64,000 nucleotides of DNA from an uncultured Gammaproteobacteria bacterium (GCA_964383765.1 CAYLHT010000001.1:100998-164997); one strand, 5' to 3'. Shown: positions 1 through 9,932, counted from the stretch's first letter. Notes: generated by a model not told the origin, from the letters alone. A program made the numbers and translations.

Positions 1-1190
1 TGGTGACCAATCGCTTGGTAGGCAACCTCTTCCGGTAGGTTGTACTTCCGCATGATTTCGTACCCAAGCTGTGGGTGACCCCCTTGGACTTCGTGGTCGA
101 TAGCCTTACCAATGTCGTGGAGTAGTCCGCCTTTTTTGCAGACCGCGACGTTCGCGCCGACCTCTTCTGCGATCAATCCAGCCAGCAAGCCGACTTCTAT
201 GCTGTGCCGCAGTACATTTTGTCCATAACTCGTTCGGTATTTGAGGCGACCGAGGAGTTGCAGTAATTTCGGATCAAGCCCGGCTACGCCGACTTCGTAC
301 GCCGCCTCTTCGCCGGCCTTCTTCATGTCGCTCGCCATTTCTTTCTTGACCTGCTCAACCGTGTCTTCAATTCGACCGGGGTGAATTCGACCGTCGGAAA
401 TCAGTTTTTCCAAGACGCGCTTGGCTAAGTGTCGACGGACTGGGTTGAAACCAGAGATGACAATTGATTCCGGCGTTTCATCGACGATAATTTCAATCCC
501 AGTCAGCGCTTCGAGCGCCTTAATGTTCCGGCCTTCTTTCCCAATAATCCGACCTTTCATTTCTTCGTTCGGTAAATCGACGACCGTGGTTGAACTTTCG
601 GTGGATTGACTCGAGGCAATGCGTTGCATGGCGGTCGCGATCATCTTGCGCGCCTCTTTTTCGACTTCTTCTTGGGCTTGGCCCTGGACTTTCCGGATCC
701 GTGCGAGCAATTCTTCCTTCATGCGTAGTTCCGTATTCTCGACCAACACGCGCTTGGCATCGTCTTGAGACAAACCGGCGATCGTTTCCAACTTTTTCAT
801 CTGATCTTCGCGAATTTTAGCGACTTCGCTCTTGAGTTGGTCAATCTGAGCTGATTTCTCTTCGACAGTTTTTCGTTCGCGTTCAAAATCCATCAACTTT
901 TGATCGAACATGGATTCACGCTTCTCCAACCGTTCTTGCAAACGCCCCAACTCAGCGTGACGGTTCGTTTCCTCGCGCTTGGCGTCGTCGATAATCTTCA
1001 AAGCCTGGTCCTTGGCTTTGATCAGGACCTCACGTTCTTCCGACTTAGCTTTTTCGAGCAGGACTTGCGCCTTGGCTTCAGCTGACTGCGCTTCGCGAAC
1101 GGCCCACGCGCGACGCAAAAAATAACCCGATAAGATGCCGGCCGGAATCCCGACCAGCGCGATCAGCGCCCAGAGTGCTGCGGTTGACAT
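1..1190 (-). CDS. rny: Ribonuclease Y (HD + KH domains, N-terminal TM/coiled coil); C-terminus lies beyond window start
   Basis: The reverse translation has an N-terminal TM segment (MSTAALWALIALVGIPAGILSGYFLRRAWAV), a long coiled coil, a KH region and the HD motif LHDIGKAIDHEVQGGHPQLGYEIMRKYNLPEE. The start codon is at 1188-1190; the gene is missing from the ORF track because it runs off the window. Confidence 0.85.
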   Translation of the reverse strand, partial: MSTAALWALIALVGIPAGILSGYFLRRAWAVREAQSAEAKAQVLLEKAKSEEREVLIKAKDQALKIIDDAKREETNRHAELGRLQERLEKRESMFDQKLMDFERERKTVEEKSAQIDQLKSEVAKIREDQMKKLETIAGLSQDDAKRVLVENTELRMKEELLARIRKVQGQAQEEVEKEARKMIATAMQRIASSQSTESSTTVVDLPNEEMKGRIIGKEGRNIKALEALTGIEIIVDETPESIVISGFNPVRRHLAKRVLEKLISDGRIHPGRIEDTVEQVKKEMASDMKKAGEEAAYEVGVAGLDPKLLQLLGRLKYRTSYGQNVLRHSIEVGLLAGLIAEEVGANVAVCKKGGLLHDIGKAIDHEVQGGHPQLGYEIMRKYNLPEEVAYQAIGH

Positions 1191-1422
1191 GGAAATGTAT
1201 TGAAGTAAATGAAGGAACAACGCCGCCAACAGCCGCACTGTGTCGTGAAGCGGAAAGGAGACTGGCGTGGTTCAACATGAGAGTCATGCTGGCGCCACGA
1301 TACCATGAGAGATTGTTTTGTGCAAGGTCAGCTAAATATTGGGAAAGAAAAGGCGCCGCCAGTCAGGGACTGTGCGGCGCGGGTTGATTGGACGATCGTG
1401 AGATCGCTGGGAACGGGAGCGG

Positions 1423-1734
1423 CTAAGCCGCGTAATGCTTGTACGTCAGCTGCAGCTCGTTGATCACCACTTGGTGCCCGCTGGCGACTCTCGTCACTGT
1501 GTCCCGCACGCCGTGAAGGAGGTCGCGGAACTGCCGTCGCTGGTCGACCTTGAGCTGATCGCGTTGAGCCCTGAGGCGTTCACCTTCCTTGCGGAGGGCG
1601 TGCTCGGCGACTCGACGCTCATCTGCGCTCGCAGCCCGCAAGCAACGGCAGGCGGCCGACTGCAGAATGGACACCGGGTGGGTGGGAATGGATGGCTCCT
1701 TCTTCGGCCGTGTGACTTCGCTGGTTAGCGTCAT
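1423..1734 (-). CDS. Hypothetical protein (GC-rich, coiled-coil-like), uncertain
   Basis: A 103-aa ORF in an 870-bp GC-rich gap between rny and clpP. The RBS is weak and a plus-strand ORF of similar length overlaps it. Confidence 0.2.
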   Translation of the reverse strand: MTLTSEVTRPKKEPSIPTHPVSILQSAACRCLRAASADERRVAEHALRKEGERLRAQRDQLKVDQRRQFRDLLHGVRDTVTRVASGHQVVINELQLTYKHYAA

Positions 1735-2063
1735 GCTAGTCCAGACCTTTCAGACTCCCGACGCAACGGGAGGGGTTGCGGCGAACAGCGTGAACGAAGG
1801 AAAAGCAGCTTAAGCTGCGATGTGTGGATCCATCAAGGGGATTCCTTTCGGATCAGAGGTTGGCAAGGGGCATCGGGAAGAACAGGGAGTGGGCGCACGT
1901 ACAGCGCGCTGGAGATGCGCTGCAGCGCCCGCGGACCAACGGAGGAGTACTCCGTTTGCGTGTGGTCCCGTGGCCCACTCCGAATCGTGATTGAGACGAG
2001 TGTGCCATGGGCACCATCTCGGTGTACTCTAAAGCTCCGCGCCTGTCAAGGCACGGAATTTTG

Positions 2064-2663
2064 TTACTTCTTAGCGATAATCTGGTCGACCAAGCCGTAC
2101 TTCTTGGCTTCGTCGGCGTTCATGAAGAAGTCGCGGTCAGAGTCCTTTTCGATCGTCTTGAGTGGTTGGCCAGTATGTTTAGCGAGAATGGCGTTTAGTC
2201 GGTCCTTGATTTTCAAGATGTGTTCAGCTCGAATTTTGATATCGGTTGCCTGACCTTCCGCCCCGCCCATAATTTGGTGAATCATGATCTCCGCGTTCGG
2301 TAAGGCTAAGCGTTTGCCTTTAGCCCCAGCCGCGAGCAAAACCGCTCCCATGGAGGCGGCCATACCGACACAAATCGTGGAGACATCGGGTTTCACAAAT
2401 TGCATGGTGTCGTAAATCGCCATGCCGGCGCTGACCGACCCACCAGGCGAGTTGATGTACAATTTAATGTCCTTACTCTTATCTTCGCTGTCCAAGAACA
2501 ACAATTGGGCGATAATCAGATTCGCTAAGTGGTCGTCGATCGCGTCACCGACGAAAATGATGCGCTCTTTTAATAATCGCGAGTAAATATCAAAGGCGCG
2601 CTCGCCGTAGGTCGTTTTCTCGATAACGGTCGGGATCAAAAATTGGTCAATCGGTTGTTTCAT
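2064..2663 (-). CDS. clpP: ATP-dependent Clp protease proteolytic subunit
   Basis: 199 aa with the ClpP signature [14 protein letters not shown]...[19 protein letters not shown] and the HQIMGG region. Confidence 0.95.
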   Translation of the reverse strand: MKQPIDQFLIPTVIEKTTYGERAFDIYSRLLKERIIFVGDAIDDHLANLIIAQLLFLDSEDKSKDIKLYINSPGGSVSAGMAIYDTMQFVKPDVSTICVGMAASMGAVLLAAGAKGKRLALPNAEIMIHQIMGGAEGQATDIKIRAEHILKIKDRLNAILAKHTGQPLKTIEKDSDRDFFMNADEAKKYGLVDQIIAKK

Positions 2664-2711
2664 ACGGCCAGCCTAGCAAACCCTCGAACATTTGACTAGG
2701 CCCAAGCCCCA

Positions 2712-2745
2712 AAAGAAAAACCGCACGCGGGGTGCGGGGTTGGCA
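2712..2745 (-). terminator. Rho-independent terminator of the 2749-3186 gene
   Basis: On the minus strand a hairpin CCGCACCCCGCGTGCGG is followed by TTTTTCTTTTGGGG. Confidence 0.5.
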
Positions 2746-2748
2746 ACG

Positions 2749-3186
2749 CTACTCTTCAGGACGCGATCGCGTGCTTTCGCGGTTCGGCTTATGCATGGCC
2801 TGACGCGGGTCGATCCAGCCCACGAATTGGATCAGATCAATCGCCAGGTCAAGACGACCGAGGCAGAAACAGCTGGTGGCCAGCTGTTGCCACAGCCGCG
2901 TGTCATAGATGGCGTACGTGACGCCATCCATCGCGGTCAACAGTGCATGCCGGTGCTTTCCGCGTTGCGAGAAGTCGAGCGATCGCTGGAGCCGGTCATC
3001 AGCCATGGTCTGGTTCGAGGCGGGATACAGACCCGGAATCTCACGCTTGAGATTCTGAACTATGGCTCGAACCTCAGGGGTGATGTACGCCGGTAGCGGC
3101 CGGCTTTGGTCTGCCCGGAGACGCGTGGCTAAACACTCAAGGCTGATCGCAGCGATCTGCAGAACCTCCGGAAGATCGTTCGACAC
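2749..3186 (-). CDS. Hypothetical protein, GC-rich
   Basis: 145 aa with a GTG start preceded by GGAGG 5 nt upstream and an intrinsic terminator downstream. No recognisable motif. Confidence 0.5.
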   Translation of the reverse strand: MSNDLPEVLQIAAISLECLATRLRADQSRPLPAYITPEVRAIVQNLKREIPGLYPASNQTMADDRLQRSLDFSQRGKHRHALLTAMDGVTYAIYDTRLWQQLATSCFCLGRLDLAIDLIQFVGWIDPRQAMHKPNRESTRSRPEE

Positions 3187-3233
3187 GATAACCTCCGCAG
3201 TGAATGGTGATGAGGTGAAGAGCTGGAGTGACC

Positions 3234-4238
3234 CTACGTGCTTGCCGAAAGACTGTCAACCACTTTCCAACCGCCGCCAGATTTGATTATTTTCCCACGC
3301 ATCCGAAATCCAGCGGCTTTGGTGTGCCCGCCGCCCCCGAATTGTTTGGCAATCGCGGCGACGTCAATCTCGCTGGTCGTGCGCAGGCTTCCCTTAATGA
3401 ATCCCCCGCGTTCCTCCTTTACTACCAAAGCGACTTTCCCATCACTCAAACTGTTGAGGAAATTAGAAATTCCGGTTGCCGCTCGATCATCCACGCCGCA
3501 CTCATGAAAATCTTGCAGGGTCAGCACCGTGGAGACGACGCCGGTCGCTGTGTTTAAGTTGAGACGCGATAGCGCCCGGCCCCATAACTGAAGTGTGCCA
3601 ATTGATTTATTGCGCATGGTGGCGGCGGTGATCGTCCGGTGATCCGCACCATAGCGCATCAGCTCCGCCGCGATTTCCATTGACTCTTGATTCGTATTCA
3701 AATGGGCAAAATGTCCGGTGTCCGTCAGAATTCCGGTCAGCAACGCCGTGGCCACGTGGGGCGTGAGCGGAACACCAAGGTGTCGTAGCAAACGGAACAT
3801 AATAATTGTGTTGGAACTAGCGCTAGCATCAATAAAATTATGATCAACCGCGGATTGGCCTTTGTGCTCGATCACGGTTGGATGATGATCGATGTTGACG
3901 ACGCTGGTTTTTGTTTGGTCACGTTGAATAAGCTCGTCAGCCAATGGACTGCGTTTAATGTCGCCGGTGTCGAAAATAATTACGAGTGGAAAGGCGTGAA
4001 CGCTGTCCGGCAACTCCGACATAATCCGATGGGGTTTCGTGAGGTACCCAAACATAGCCGGAATCGGGTCAGGCGAATACAGAATTGATTCCTGGCCGTA
4101 GTGCCGGACAACGTGATCCATGGCCAGCATTGAACCGAGGCTATCCCCGTCCGGCTGGGTGGTCATGGTCAGCAGCACACGTGGACTGGCTTTCAACAGT
4201 CGGTCGAGGGTTTGGGCGAAATGTTGGTCGGGGGGCAT
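3234..4238 (-). CDS. nrnA: DHH/DHHA1 phosphoesterase, NrnA-like oligoribonuclease/pAp phosphatase
   Basis: 334 aa with a DHH motif region (NIDHHPT), DHHA1 and the C-terminal GGGGH motif (FGGGGHTKAAGF). Confidence 0.75.
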   Translation of the reverse strand: MPPDQHFAQTLDRLLKASPRVLLTMTTQPDGDSLGSMLAMDHVVRHYGQESILYSPDPIPAMFGYLTKPHRIMSELPDSVHAFPLVIIFDTGDIKRSPLADELIQRDQTKTSVVNIDHHPTVIEHKGQSAVDHNFIDASASSNTIIMFRLLRHLGVPLTPHVATALLTGILTDTGHFAHLNTNQESMEIAAELMRYGADHRTITAATMRNKSIGTLQLWGRALSRLNLNTATGVVSTVLTLQDFHECGVDDRAATGISNFLNSLSDGKVALVVKEERGGFIKGSLRTTSEIDVAAIAKQFGGGGHTKAAGFRMRGKIIKSGGGWKVVDSLSAST

Positions 4239-4402
4239 TGGGGAAATAAAAGCCTGGGACTGTACCTGAAACAGGACTAATCGTCAAGGATTGCTTGACC
4301 GTGGGTCCCTCCGGGCGTATCGTGCCGATAACGCGAGGAGGGGCGACGTTCCTTCCATTCCGAATATCGAAACCGCAAGTGGGCCGCACGGAAAGCGAGG
4401 CT

Positions 4403-4696
4403 ATGATGGAGGCTCATCGAGTTGAGATAACACGCGTTGTCCGACCGCAGCAGAAAATCGTCACCGATCCCCGCCAGATCAAGACAATTCTGTCGGCAAT
4501 CCAAGCCGGCGACCCGATCGAACGCTTCATTCCCTCACCGTGGGCAATCCGAGACACCTTTCATCTGAACGATGACCAGGGGAACATCATAAGGACGGTC
4601 CACGTCATCGGGTGCAACGTTGTCTGCGATGGCAGAAGGCATTATACCCTCGATGCATCAGCCTACCGGGCGATCATCGAACCCCTCATCGGCTAA
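4403..4696 (+). CDS. Hypothetical small protein, gene 1 of a small-ORF operon
   Basis: The ATG is preceded by the conserved leader GGAAAGCGAGG. It is 98 aa (MMEAHRVEITRVV...) and the region is GC-rich. Confidence 0.35.
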   Translation: MMEAHRVEITRVVRPQQKIVTDPRQIKTILSAIQAGDPIERFIPSPWAIRDTFHLNDDQGNIIRTVHVIGCNVVCDGRRHYTLDASAYRAIIEPLIG

Positions 4697-4727
4697 TTCA
4701 AGCCGAACCATGAAAGCGAGGTTGAAG

Positions 4728-4955
4728 ATGGCAGTGTCTAGAGTCACTCGGGTTCACCGCGAATCTGAACGAATGGAAGCCCGACGGGTTCGGCTGCTTG
4801 AACGGCACAGGATTCCGCACCAACTCTTGGGTGACTGGCTGGCCGAATCGACCCACCATTGGCATCGGATTTCACCCTCGGCTCGCCGAGCGGTGCGGAC
4901 ACTCCTGACGCATCTCGAACAGACGCGACGACCAACGTACCCCGCTGAGGATTGA
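4728..4955 (+). CDS. Hypothetical small Arg-rich protein, gene 2
   Basis: The ATG is preceded by the same leader, GAAAGCGAGGTTGAAG. 75 aa. Confidence 0.35.
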   Translation: MAVSRVTRVHRESERMEARRVRLLERHRIPHQLLGDWLAESTHHWHRISPSARRAVRTLLTHLEQTRRPTYPAED

Positions 4956-4987
4956 TCAGGACGATCCGCCGAAAGTGAGGTGAATGA

Positions 4988-5191
4988 ATGCCCAGGCGTA
5001 ATCGACGACGTCCGGGCATCTACCGGACTGCGTTGCGGTGCAACCGCTGTAGTTTGGTACAGACCATCTTCCGCAAGTCGAACCGCCGCCAACAGCCGGG
5101 GCATATCAAGACCATGTGGTGCTTCCGGTGTAAGTGTTCAACCCAGCACACCGAGCTGCGGTCGCTCAGATCGAAACCAAGCCGAAAGTGA
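4988..5191 (+). CDS. Hypothetical small basic Cys4 zinc-ribbon-like protein, gene 3
   Basis: The leader is CCGAAAGTGAGGTGA. It is 67 aa with CNRCS...CFRCKC (two CxxC pairs) and is very Arg/Lys-rich. Confidence 0.4.
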   Translation: MPRRNRRRPGIYRTALRCNRCSLVQTIFRKSNRRQQPGHIKTMWCFRCKCSTQHTELRSLRSKPSRK

Positions 5192-5200
5192 GGTGAGAGC

Positions 5201-5470
5201 GTGTTCACAAGGTACTTCACCGGCATTTTCCTCGTTGGATGTGCCATCTTGTTTCCCACCATCTTCCGCAGCCAGCCATACACAACGCGCTGGAGATTGG
5301 GAGGGGCCCTGATGCTGCTAGTGGCGGGCAGCATTGTTCTCTTCAACCCACCGCCGGAAGTTTTCATCTGGCTGATCTTTGTGGGCGCCGCAGCAGGGCT
5401 AGTTGCGGTCTGGCCGGTTCACAAGACGCTTCCCTTGTTCCTGCGGGACACTTTCAGATGGCGGTCGTGA
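5201..5470 (+). CDS. Hypothetical small 2-TM membrane protein, gene 4
   Basis: The leader CCGAAAGTGAGGTGA precedes a GTG start. It is 89 aa with two hydrophobic helices. Confidence 0.4.
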   Translation: MFTRYFTGIFLVGCAILFPTIFRSQPYTTRWRLGGALMLLVAGSIVLFNPPPEVFIWLIFVGAAAGLVAVWPVHKTLPLFLRDTFRWRS

Positions 5471-5786
5471 CTGTGATCTTTGGACAGGGAACGACATTCG
5501 TCAAAACCGGGGTGGGTACCGGTGCGATGGATGCTCGTCTCCCTGTCTTTTTCTTTTCTGCATAAAAGTCGTTTGCAAAAACGTAGCTCGCCCATTCATG
5601 GGCGATCGTTTTTGCCGATGAATCGGCAAGCTACCTGAACCGGAAAAGGGCCGCTTATTTTTTTGTCATTTCGAGCCAGCCAGCGAGAAATCTGCTTTGA
5701 TAATTTATCCGGCCAGATCTCTCCCTTCGCCAAGCTTCGGTCGAGGTGACAAAGAGTAGGCGGTCGGGGTTCGAAATGACAATTGA

Positions 5787-6245
5787 TTACCGCCGCGGCT
5801 TCCGTGGATTTAAGGCTTGGCCGGGTTGCTTGCCGAGTGCTTCTTTTTGCTTGTCGCGCTCAAGCCGCTCGTCTTCAACCGTTTTGGCGTCGAGGCTTAG
5901 GCCTAAATCCTGCGAGGTCATGGCGTCGAGCACTTGGGTGATATGCTGGGCGCGTTCCTGTGATCGATCCAGCACGAACGTCAGCTTCGGCACGAATTTC
6001 ATGACCAACCGCTTGTTCAGAATGCTTTGAATGTCAGTTATCCGGTCGGTTACAATTTTCAATGCCTCATCTTCGTGGGTGGCCGGTAACACCGACAACC
6101 ACACCTTCGCGCTTTCCGCGTCGACCGCCACTTCAGCCTTACTGACTGTCACAAACATTCCCGACGGAAACTCAACTTCTCGCGACAAAATCGTGGCGAC
6201 TTCTTGTTGGACTAAAGAGTTGAGTTTTGCGATCCGTTCGCTCAC
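5787..6245 (-). CDS. rbfA: Ribosome-binding factor A
   Basis: 152 aa with the RbfA N-terminal pattern RIAKLNSLVQQEVATIL. It sits immediately downstream of infB. Confidence 0.85.
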   Translation of the reverse strand: MSERIAKLNSLVQQEVATILSREVEFPSGMFVTVSKAEVAVDAESAKVWLSVLPATHEDEALKIVTDRITDIQSILNKRLVMKFVPKLTFVLDRSQERAQHITQVLDAMTSQDLGLSLDAKTVEDERLERDKQKEALGKQPGQALNPRKPRR

Positions 6246-8065
6246 TTGGCCTCCTGAAGTGTCCGTTTCTTCGTGGTTACGACCGAGGCGATCACGGTAT
6301 CACCCACGGCCGCGCCAGTCACGCCCTCAACCTTCATGCCGCACTCGTTCCCACTCGCCACAGCTTTGATATTCTGCTTGTTCTGTTGCAATTGGGTAAT
6401 GGTACCTTTGGCCACGGATTGATTATTCCGCAGCACCTCAACTGCCGCGCCCATCGTCATCTCGCCATCGCTGACCTTTCCGCCAAACACTTGGAAAGTG
6501 TTTTCATTGCGGAAAATCGCTAATATTTTCAAACGGCCGATTTCCTTAGTCTCTGCCAGCGGCGCTAGCATGTCTTCCAAGCGCTGGGTGACGTTATCAA
6601 TCAAATCGTAAATGACTTTTGAGGTGACAATGTCAATCCCTTTGGTGCGGCCGAGTTGCTCGGCCTTGGGCGAAACCTGGACATTGAATCCGTACACGAC
6701 CGCTTTAGCCGCTTCGGCACGGAGGATGTCCGCTTCCGACACAATTCCCAATCCGCGCTGCACGATTTCCACCGCGACTTCTTGACTGGGAAGTTTTTTG
6801 AGTGACTCGAGAATAGCTTCAGCTGAACCAAGCGTGTCGGATTTTAAAATTACGAATAACTTCTGGATTTTCTTTTTTTTCTCTTCTTCAGCTTGACGCT
6901 CCTCCTCGGTCGCGGCAATCGTGACGGGTGTCGACCGACCGGCCACTGTGTAGACGTGTCGGGTGAGTTGATGTGATTTCACTTTCTTCTTCAAATCTTT
7001 CACTTCATCCGGCGCCACACGCAAAATATCGCCAACTTGCGGCGCAGCCTTCAACCCGAGAATTTGCATCGGAGCTGACGGCGACGCCTGTTTGACCGTT
7101 TCGCCGCGATCGTTCTTCATCGACCGTATTTTTCCGAAGACTTGTCCGACGACGACGTCATCCCCCACTTTGAGCGTACCCGTGTGAATCAGCACCGAAG
7201 CCATCGGCCCTTGCTTCGGGTCAACGTGTGATTCAATAATCGTGCCAATCGCCGGACGGTGTGGATTGACGTTCAGTCGCGCAGCATCAACGTCCGCCAG
7301 TAAAATAATTTGTTCAAGTAAATCATTGATGCCGTCTTTGGTTTTGGCTGAGACGGCGACAATCGGTACTTTTCCGCCGTACTCCTCAGCCAACACTCCG
7401 GCCTCCGCCAACTCTTTTTTCACGCGTTCAACATTCGCTTCAGGTTTATCGGCCTTGGTGATGGCGACGCCGTACGGTAACTTGGCCGCTTCAATCATTG
7501 ACCGCGCTTCGGTAGTTTGGGGTTTGATGCCATCGTCCGCCGCCACAACCAAAATTGCGACGTCGGCGATTTTTGCACCGCGCGCCCGCATTTGCCCAAA
7601 GGCCTCATGGCCGGGCGTGTCGATGAATGTCACCGGCCGGTCATGGGTGTTAATCTGGTAGGCGCCGATTTTCTGGGTAATACCGCCGGCTTCTCCAGCC
7701 GTTACATTGGTAGATCGAATCGCATCGAGCAACGAAGTTTTTCCATGGTCAACGTGACCCATGACCACGACGACCGGCGGGCGGGCTTCAAGTTTGGCGG
7801 CCGGATCTTCTTTGAGATATTCTTCAATCGGACTGCCGGTTGTTGAATCGCTCGTGGTTTCGATGTCTTCAGTTTGCGGCGCGACCGACTTTCCGAGATC
7901 CTCAGCAATGATCACCGCCGTGGCGAAATCAATTTCTTGATTCATGGAGGCCATCACGCCGTTTTTGATCAGCTCCGAGGTGACGGTCGTGATCGGTAAG
8001 CCAAGCTTGTCCGCAAAATCGCGGACGATGATAGTGGGTGGGATTTTGACCGGCGCGTCAGGCAT
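6242..8065 (-). CDS. infB: Translation initiation factor IF-2
   Basis: 607 aa with the GTP-binding motifs VVVVMGHVDHGKTSLLD, DTPGHEAF and NKADK. Confidence 0.95.
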   Translation of the reverse strand: MPDAPVKIPPTIIVRDFADKLGLPITTVTSELIKNGVMASMNQEIDFATAVIIAEDLGKSVAPQTEDIETTSDSTTGSPIEEYLKEDPAAKLEARPPVVVVMGHVDHGKTSLLDAIRSTNVTAGEAGGITQKIGAYQINTHDRPVTFIDTPGHEAFGQMRARGAKIADVAILVVAADDGIKPQTTEARSMIEAAKLPYGVAITKADKPEANVERVKKELAEAGVLAEEYGGKVPIVAVSAKTKDGINDLLEQIILLADVDAARLNVNPHRPAIGTIIESHVDPKQGPMASVLIHTGTLKVGDDVVVGQVFGKIRSMKNDRGETVKQASPSAPMQILGLKAAPQVGDILRVAPDEVKDLKKKVKSHQLTRHVYTVAGRSTPVTIAATEEERQAEEEKKKKIQKLFVILKSDTLGSAEAILESLKKLPSQEVAVEIVQRGLGIVSEADILRAEAAKAVVYGFNVQVSPKAEQLGRTKGIDIVTSKVIYDLIDNVTQRLEDMLAPLAETKEIGRLKILAIFRNENTFQVFGGKVSDGEMTMGAAVEVLRNNQSVAKGTITQLQQNKQNIKAVASGNECGMKVEGVTGAAVGDTVIASVVTTKKRTLQEAK

Positions 8066-8124
8066 AGAATTGCTTGGCGATTTTACAAAAAAACAACTGG
8101 CGTGTCAATCGGCAGCCGAGTTTG

Positions 8125-8754
8125 CTAACTCGTCGCCTGTGTCAAAATCCGGACTTCAATCTCGGCCGGAACCAGGGCTTTGAACTTCTCAGCGTCAGCC
8201 AACGATCCAATAATTGAACCGTAGTGCATCGGAATCACGACGTTGGGGTTGATCCGTTTGACTGCTTCCGCCGCCTCTTCGGCTGTCATCACATATGTGC
8301 CGGACACTGGTAACAAAGCAATATCACAACGAAAGTTTTCCATCTCCGGAATCAGATCCGTGTCACCGGCGTGATAGATGCGTTGGCCGCCGAGGGTCAA
8401 GATGAAACCGACTCGAACATCTCCTGGCGGATGAAATTCTTTGTTGGTGTTATACGCCGGCACGGCCTCAATCTCAATTCCGGCGACGCTCACCTGATCA
8501 CCCGGCTTGACCAGATGAACATTGGGGTTGGAAAATTTGTCTGCACACGAATTGGCCACGACCATCTCGGTACTCGGCTGGGAGATGGCCGCGACATCGT
8601 TTGGTGAACAGTGATCAAAATGCTCGTGACTAATCAAGATTACGTCGGCTGGCGTGACATTCGGTGGGAGTTTCCACGGGTCAATGAAGACCGTCTTTCC
8701 ATCGCCGAAGATTTTGAAAGCGCTGTGACCGTACCAGGTAATGGCTGGGGTCAT
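8125..8754 (-). CDS. Metal-dependent hydrolase, MBL fold (UPF0173-like)
   Basis: 209 aa with HEHFDH (the HxHxDH motif) and a conserved C-terminal PMHYG. Confidence 0.8.
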   Translation of the reverse strand: MTPAITWYGHSAFKIFGDGKTVFIDPWKLPPNVTPADVILISHEHFDHCSPNDVAAISQPSTEMVVANSCADKFSNPNVHLVKPGDQVSVAGIEIEAVPAYNTNKEFHPPGDVRVGFILTLGGQRIYHAGDTDLIPEMENFRCDIALLPVSGTYVMTAEEAAEAVKRINPNVVIPMHYGSIIGSLADAEKFKALVPAEIEVRILTQATS

Positions 8755-8756
8755 GG

Positions 8757-9515
8757 TCAGAAACGTCGGTTCGGGCCAACAATGACCGACAATTTTTTCG
8801 GTAACGTTTCTACGGTCAGCGGGGCCTTCACGACCGTCTGACCGTCTAACAGTAGATTCGTGGTGGCCGCCGCACCCTCAATTTTCGCCCGCCGAATCGG
8901 AAAGACGCTGGTGCGGCTGAAATCGTTACGCCAGCGACTAAACATACCGCTCGGCTGACTGGGGCGGACGACGAGTTCCAAGCGTCCGTCATTCGGTTGA
9001 CCAACGCCCACCTCCGAACCGAGGTTGGTGATTTCAAGCTGACCCTCGGGGTCAAGTGAGGAGACCGTGTATTTCCCGTCGCACGTAACCGAGGTCATAC
9101 CATTGGCGGATAATCGCAGTAAAAAGTAATTGCCGTTGGCTTGGCCAACATCGACGCGTTGGATAATCCGCCGCGACAAACAGTCACAGGCCGCAACACC
9201 GTGGGGTATGCCTAAGGCTTCAGCAATAAATTGGTCTGGGCCAATCGGCAGTAATCCGAGCGTCACACCGCGATCGACGATCAAAGGCAAAATTTTCGTG
9301 ACGGTTTGGTCGTTGCCCACCGCGATTACGGTCGTGGCGCCACGTTTAATCGCATCCGCGGTGGCGTCGCGCAAACTTTTCAGAATTGTCATCTTCTCCC
9401 AACGTCCTGGCAATCCTAAGCCAGCCATCCGGCTTTCAATTCGGATCAGCTCAGTTTGATATTTTGGATCATTGACAAAGGCGTCGACGACGTACACGTA
9501 ACTAGCCGTCGTCAT
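8757..9515 (-). CDS. Lipid kinase, diacylglycerol kinase catalytic domain family (YegS/BmrU-like)
   Basis: 252 aa with the DAGK_cat layout and a variant of the GGDGT motif (AVGNDQT). Confidence 0.65.
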   Translation of the reverse strand: MTTASYVYVVDAFVNDPKYQTELIRIESRMAGLGLPGRWEKMTILKSLRDATADAIKRGATTVIAVGNDQTVTKILPLIVDRGVTLGLLPIGPDQFIAEALGIPHGVAACDCLSRRIIQRVDVGQANGNYFLLRLSANGMTSVTCDGKYTVSSLDPEGQLEITNLGSEVGVGQPNDGRLELVVRPSQPSGMFSRWRNDFSRTSVFPIRRAKIEGAAATTNLLLDGQTVVKAPLTVETLPKKLSVIVGPNRRF

Positions 9516-9524
9516 ACACCGAGG

Positions 9525-9932
9525 CTACTTTTTGTCCGACTTTTCGACCGACGCGGGCTGATCGTGTCCGGCCATGGCCACTTTACCGTGCAAGACTGCC
9601 CCATGGGCCACGCTGATGCTTTGCGTATCGACGTTACCAAATATCTTTCCGGTTGATGCAAGTTCGACTTTACCCTTGCACACGACGTGCCCACGGATCT
9701 CGCCGGCTACCAGGACATTCGCTGCTTCAACATCTGCTTTCACGACGGCACTCTGGCCAACCCGTAAATTCTTGCTGGTTTTCAGCGTGCCGGCAACATG
9801 GCCCTCAACTGAAACATCGCCGGAACCAACAAAATTACCGTCGACCTTAACGGTTGATCCGATGACGGTCTCGATGTCGCGATTGTCTGCGTTGCCGTCG
9901 CGTTGAAACATCGCCATAAAAAACGAATTCAA
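9525..9932 (-). CDS. Bactofilin family cytoskeletal protein
   Basis: 135 aa with repetitive beta-helical G/V-rich repeats (VKVDGNFVGSGDVSVEGHVAGTL...). Confidence 0.75.
   Translation of the reverse strand: MNSFFMAMFQRDGNADNRDIETVIGSTVKVDGNFVGSGDVSVEGHVAGTLKTSKNLRVGQSAVVKADVEAANVLVAGEIRGHVVCKGKVELASTGKIFGNVDTQSISVAHGAVLHGKVAMAGHDQPASVEKSDKK

Noticed and set aside
1191-2063. Possible tmRNA or RNase P RNA in the 870-bp GC-rich gap between rny and clpP
   Set aside because: There is no tRNA-like T-loop (GGTTCGANTCC), tag-ORF ending or P4 consensus. Only a 14-bp palindrome GCAGCTTAAGCTGC (1805-1818) was noted.
1822-2253. Plus-strand 143-aa ORF
   Set aside because: It overlaps the well-supported minus-strand clpP and is a shadow frame.
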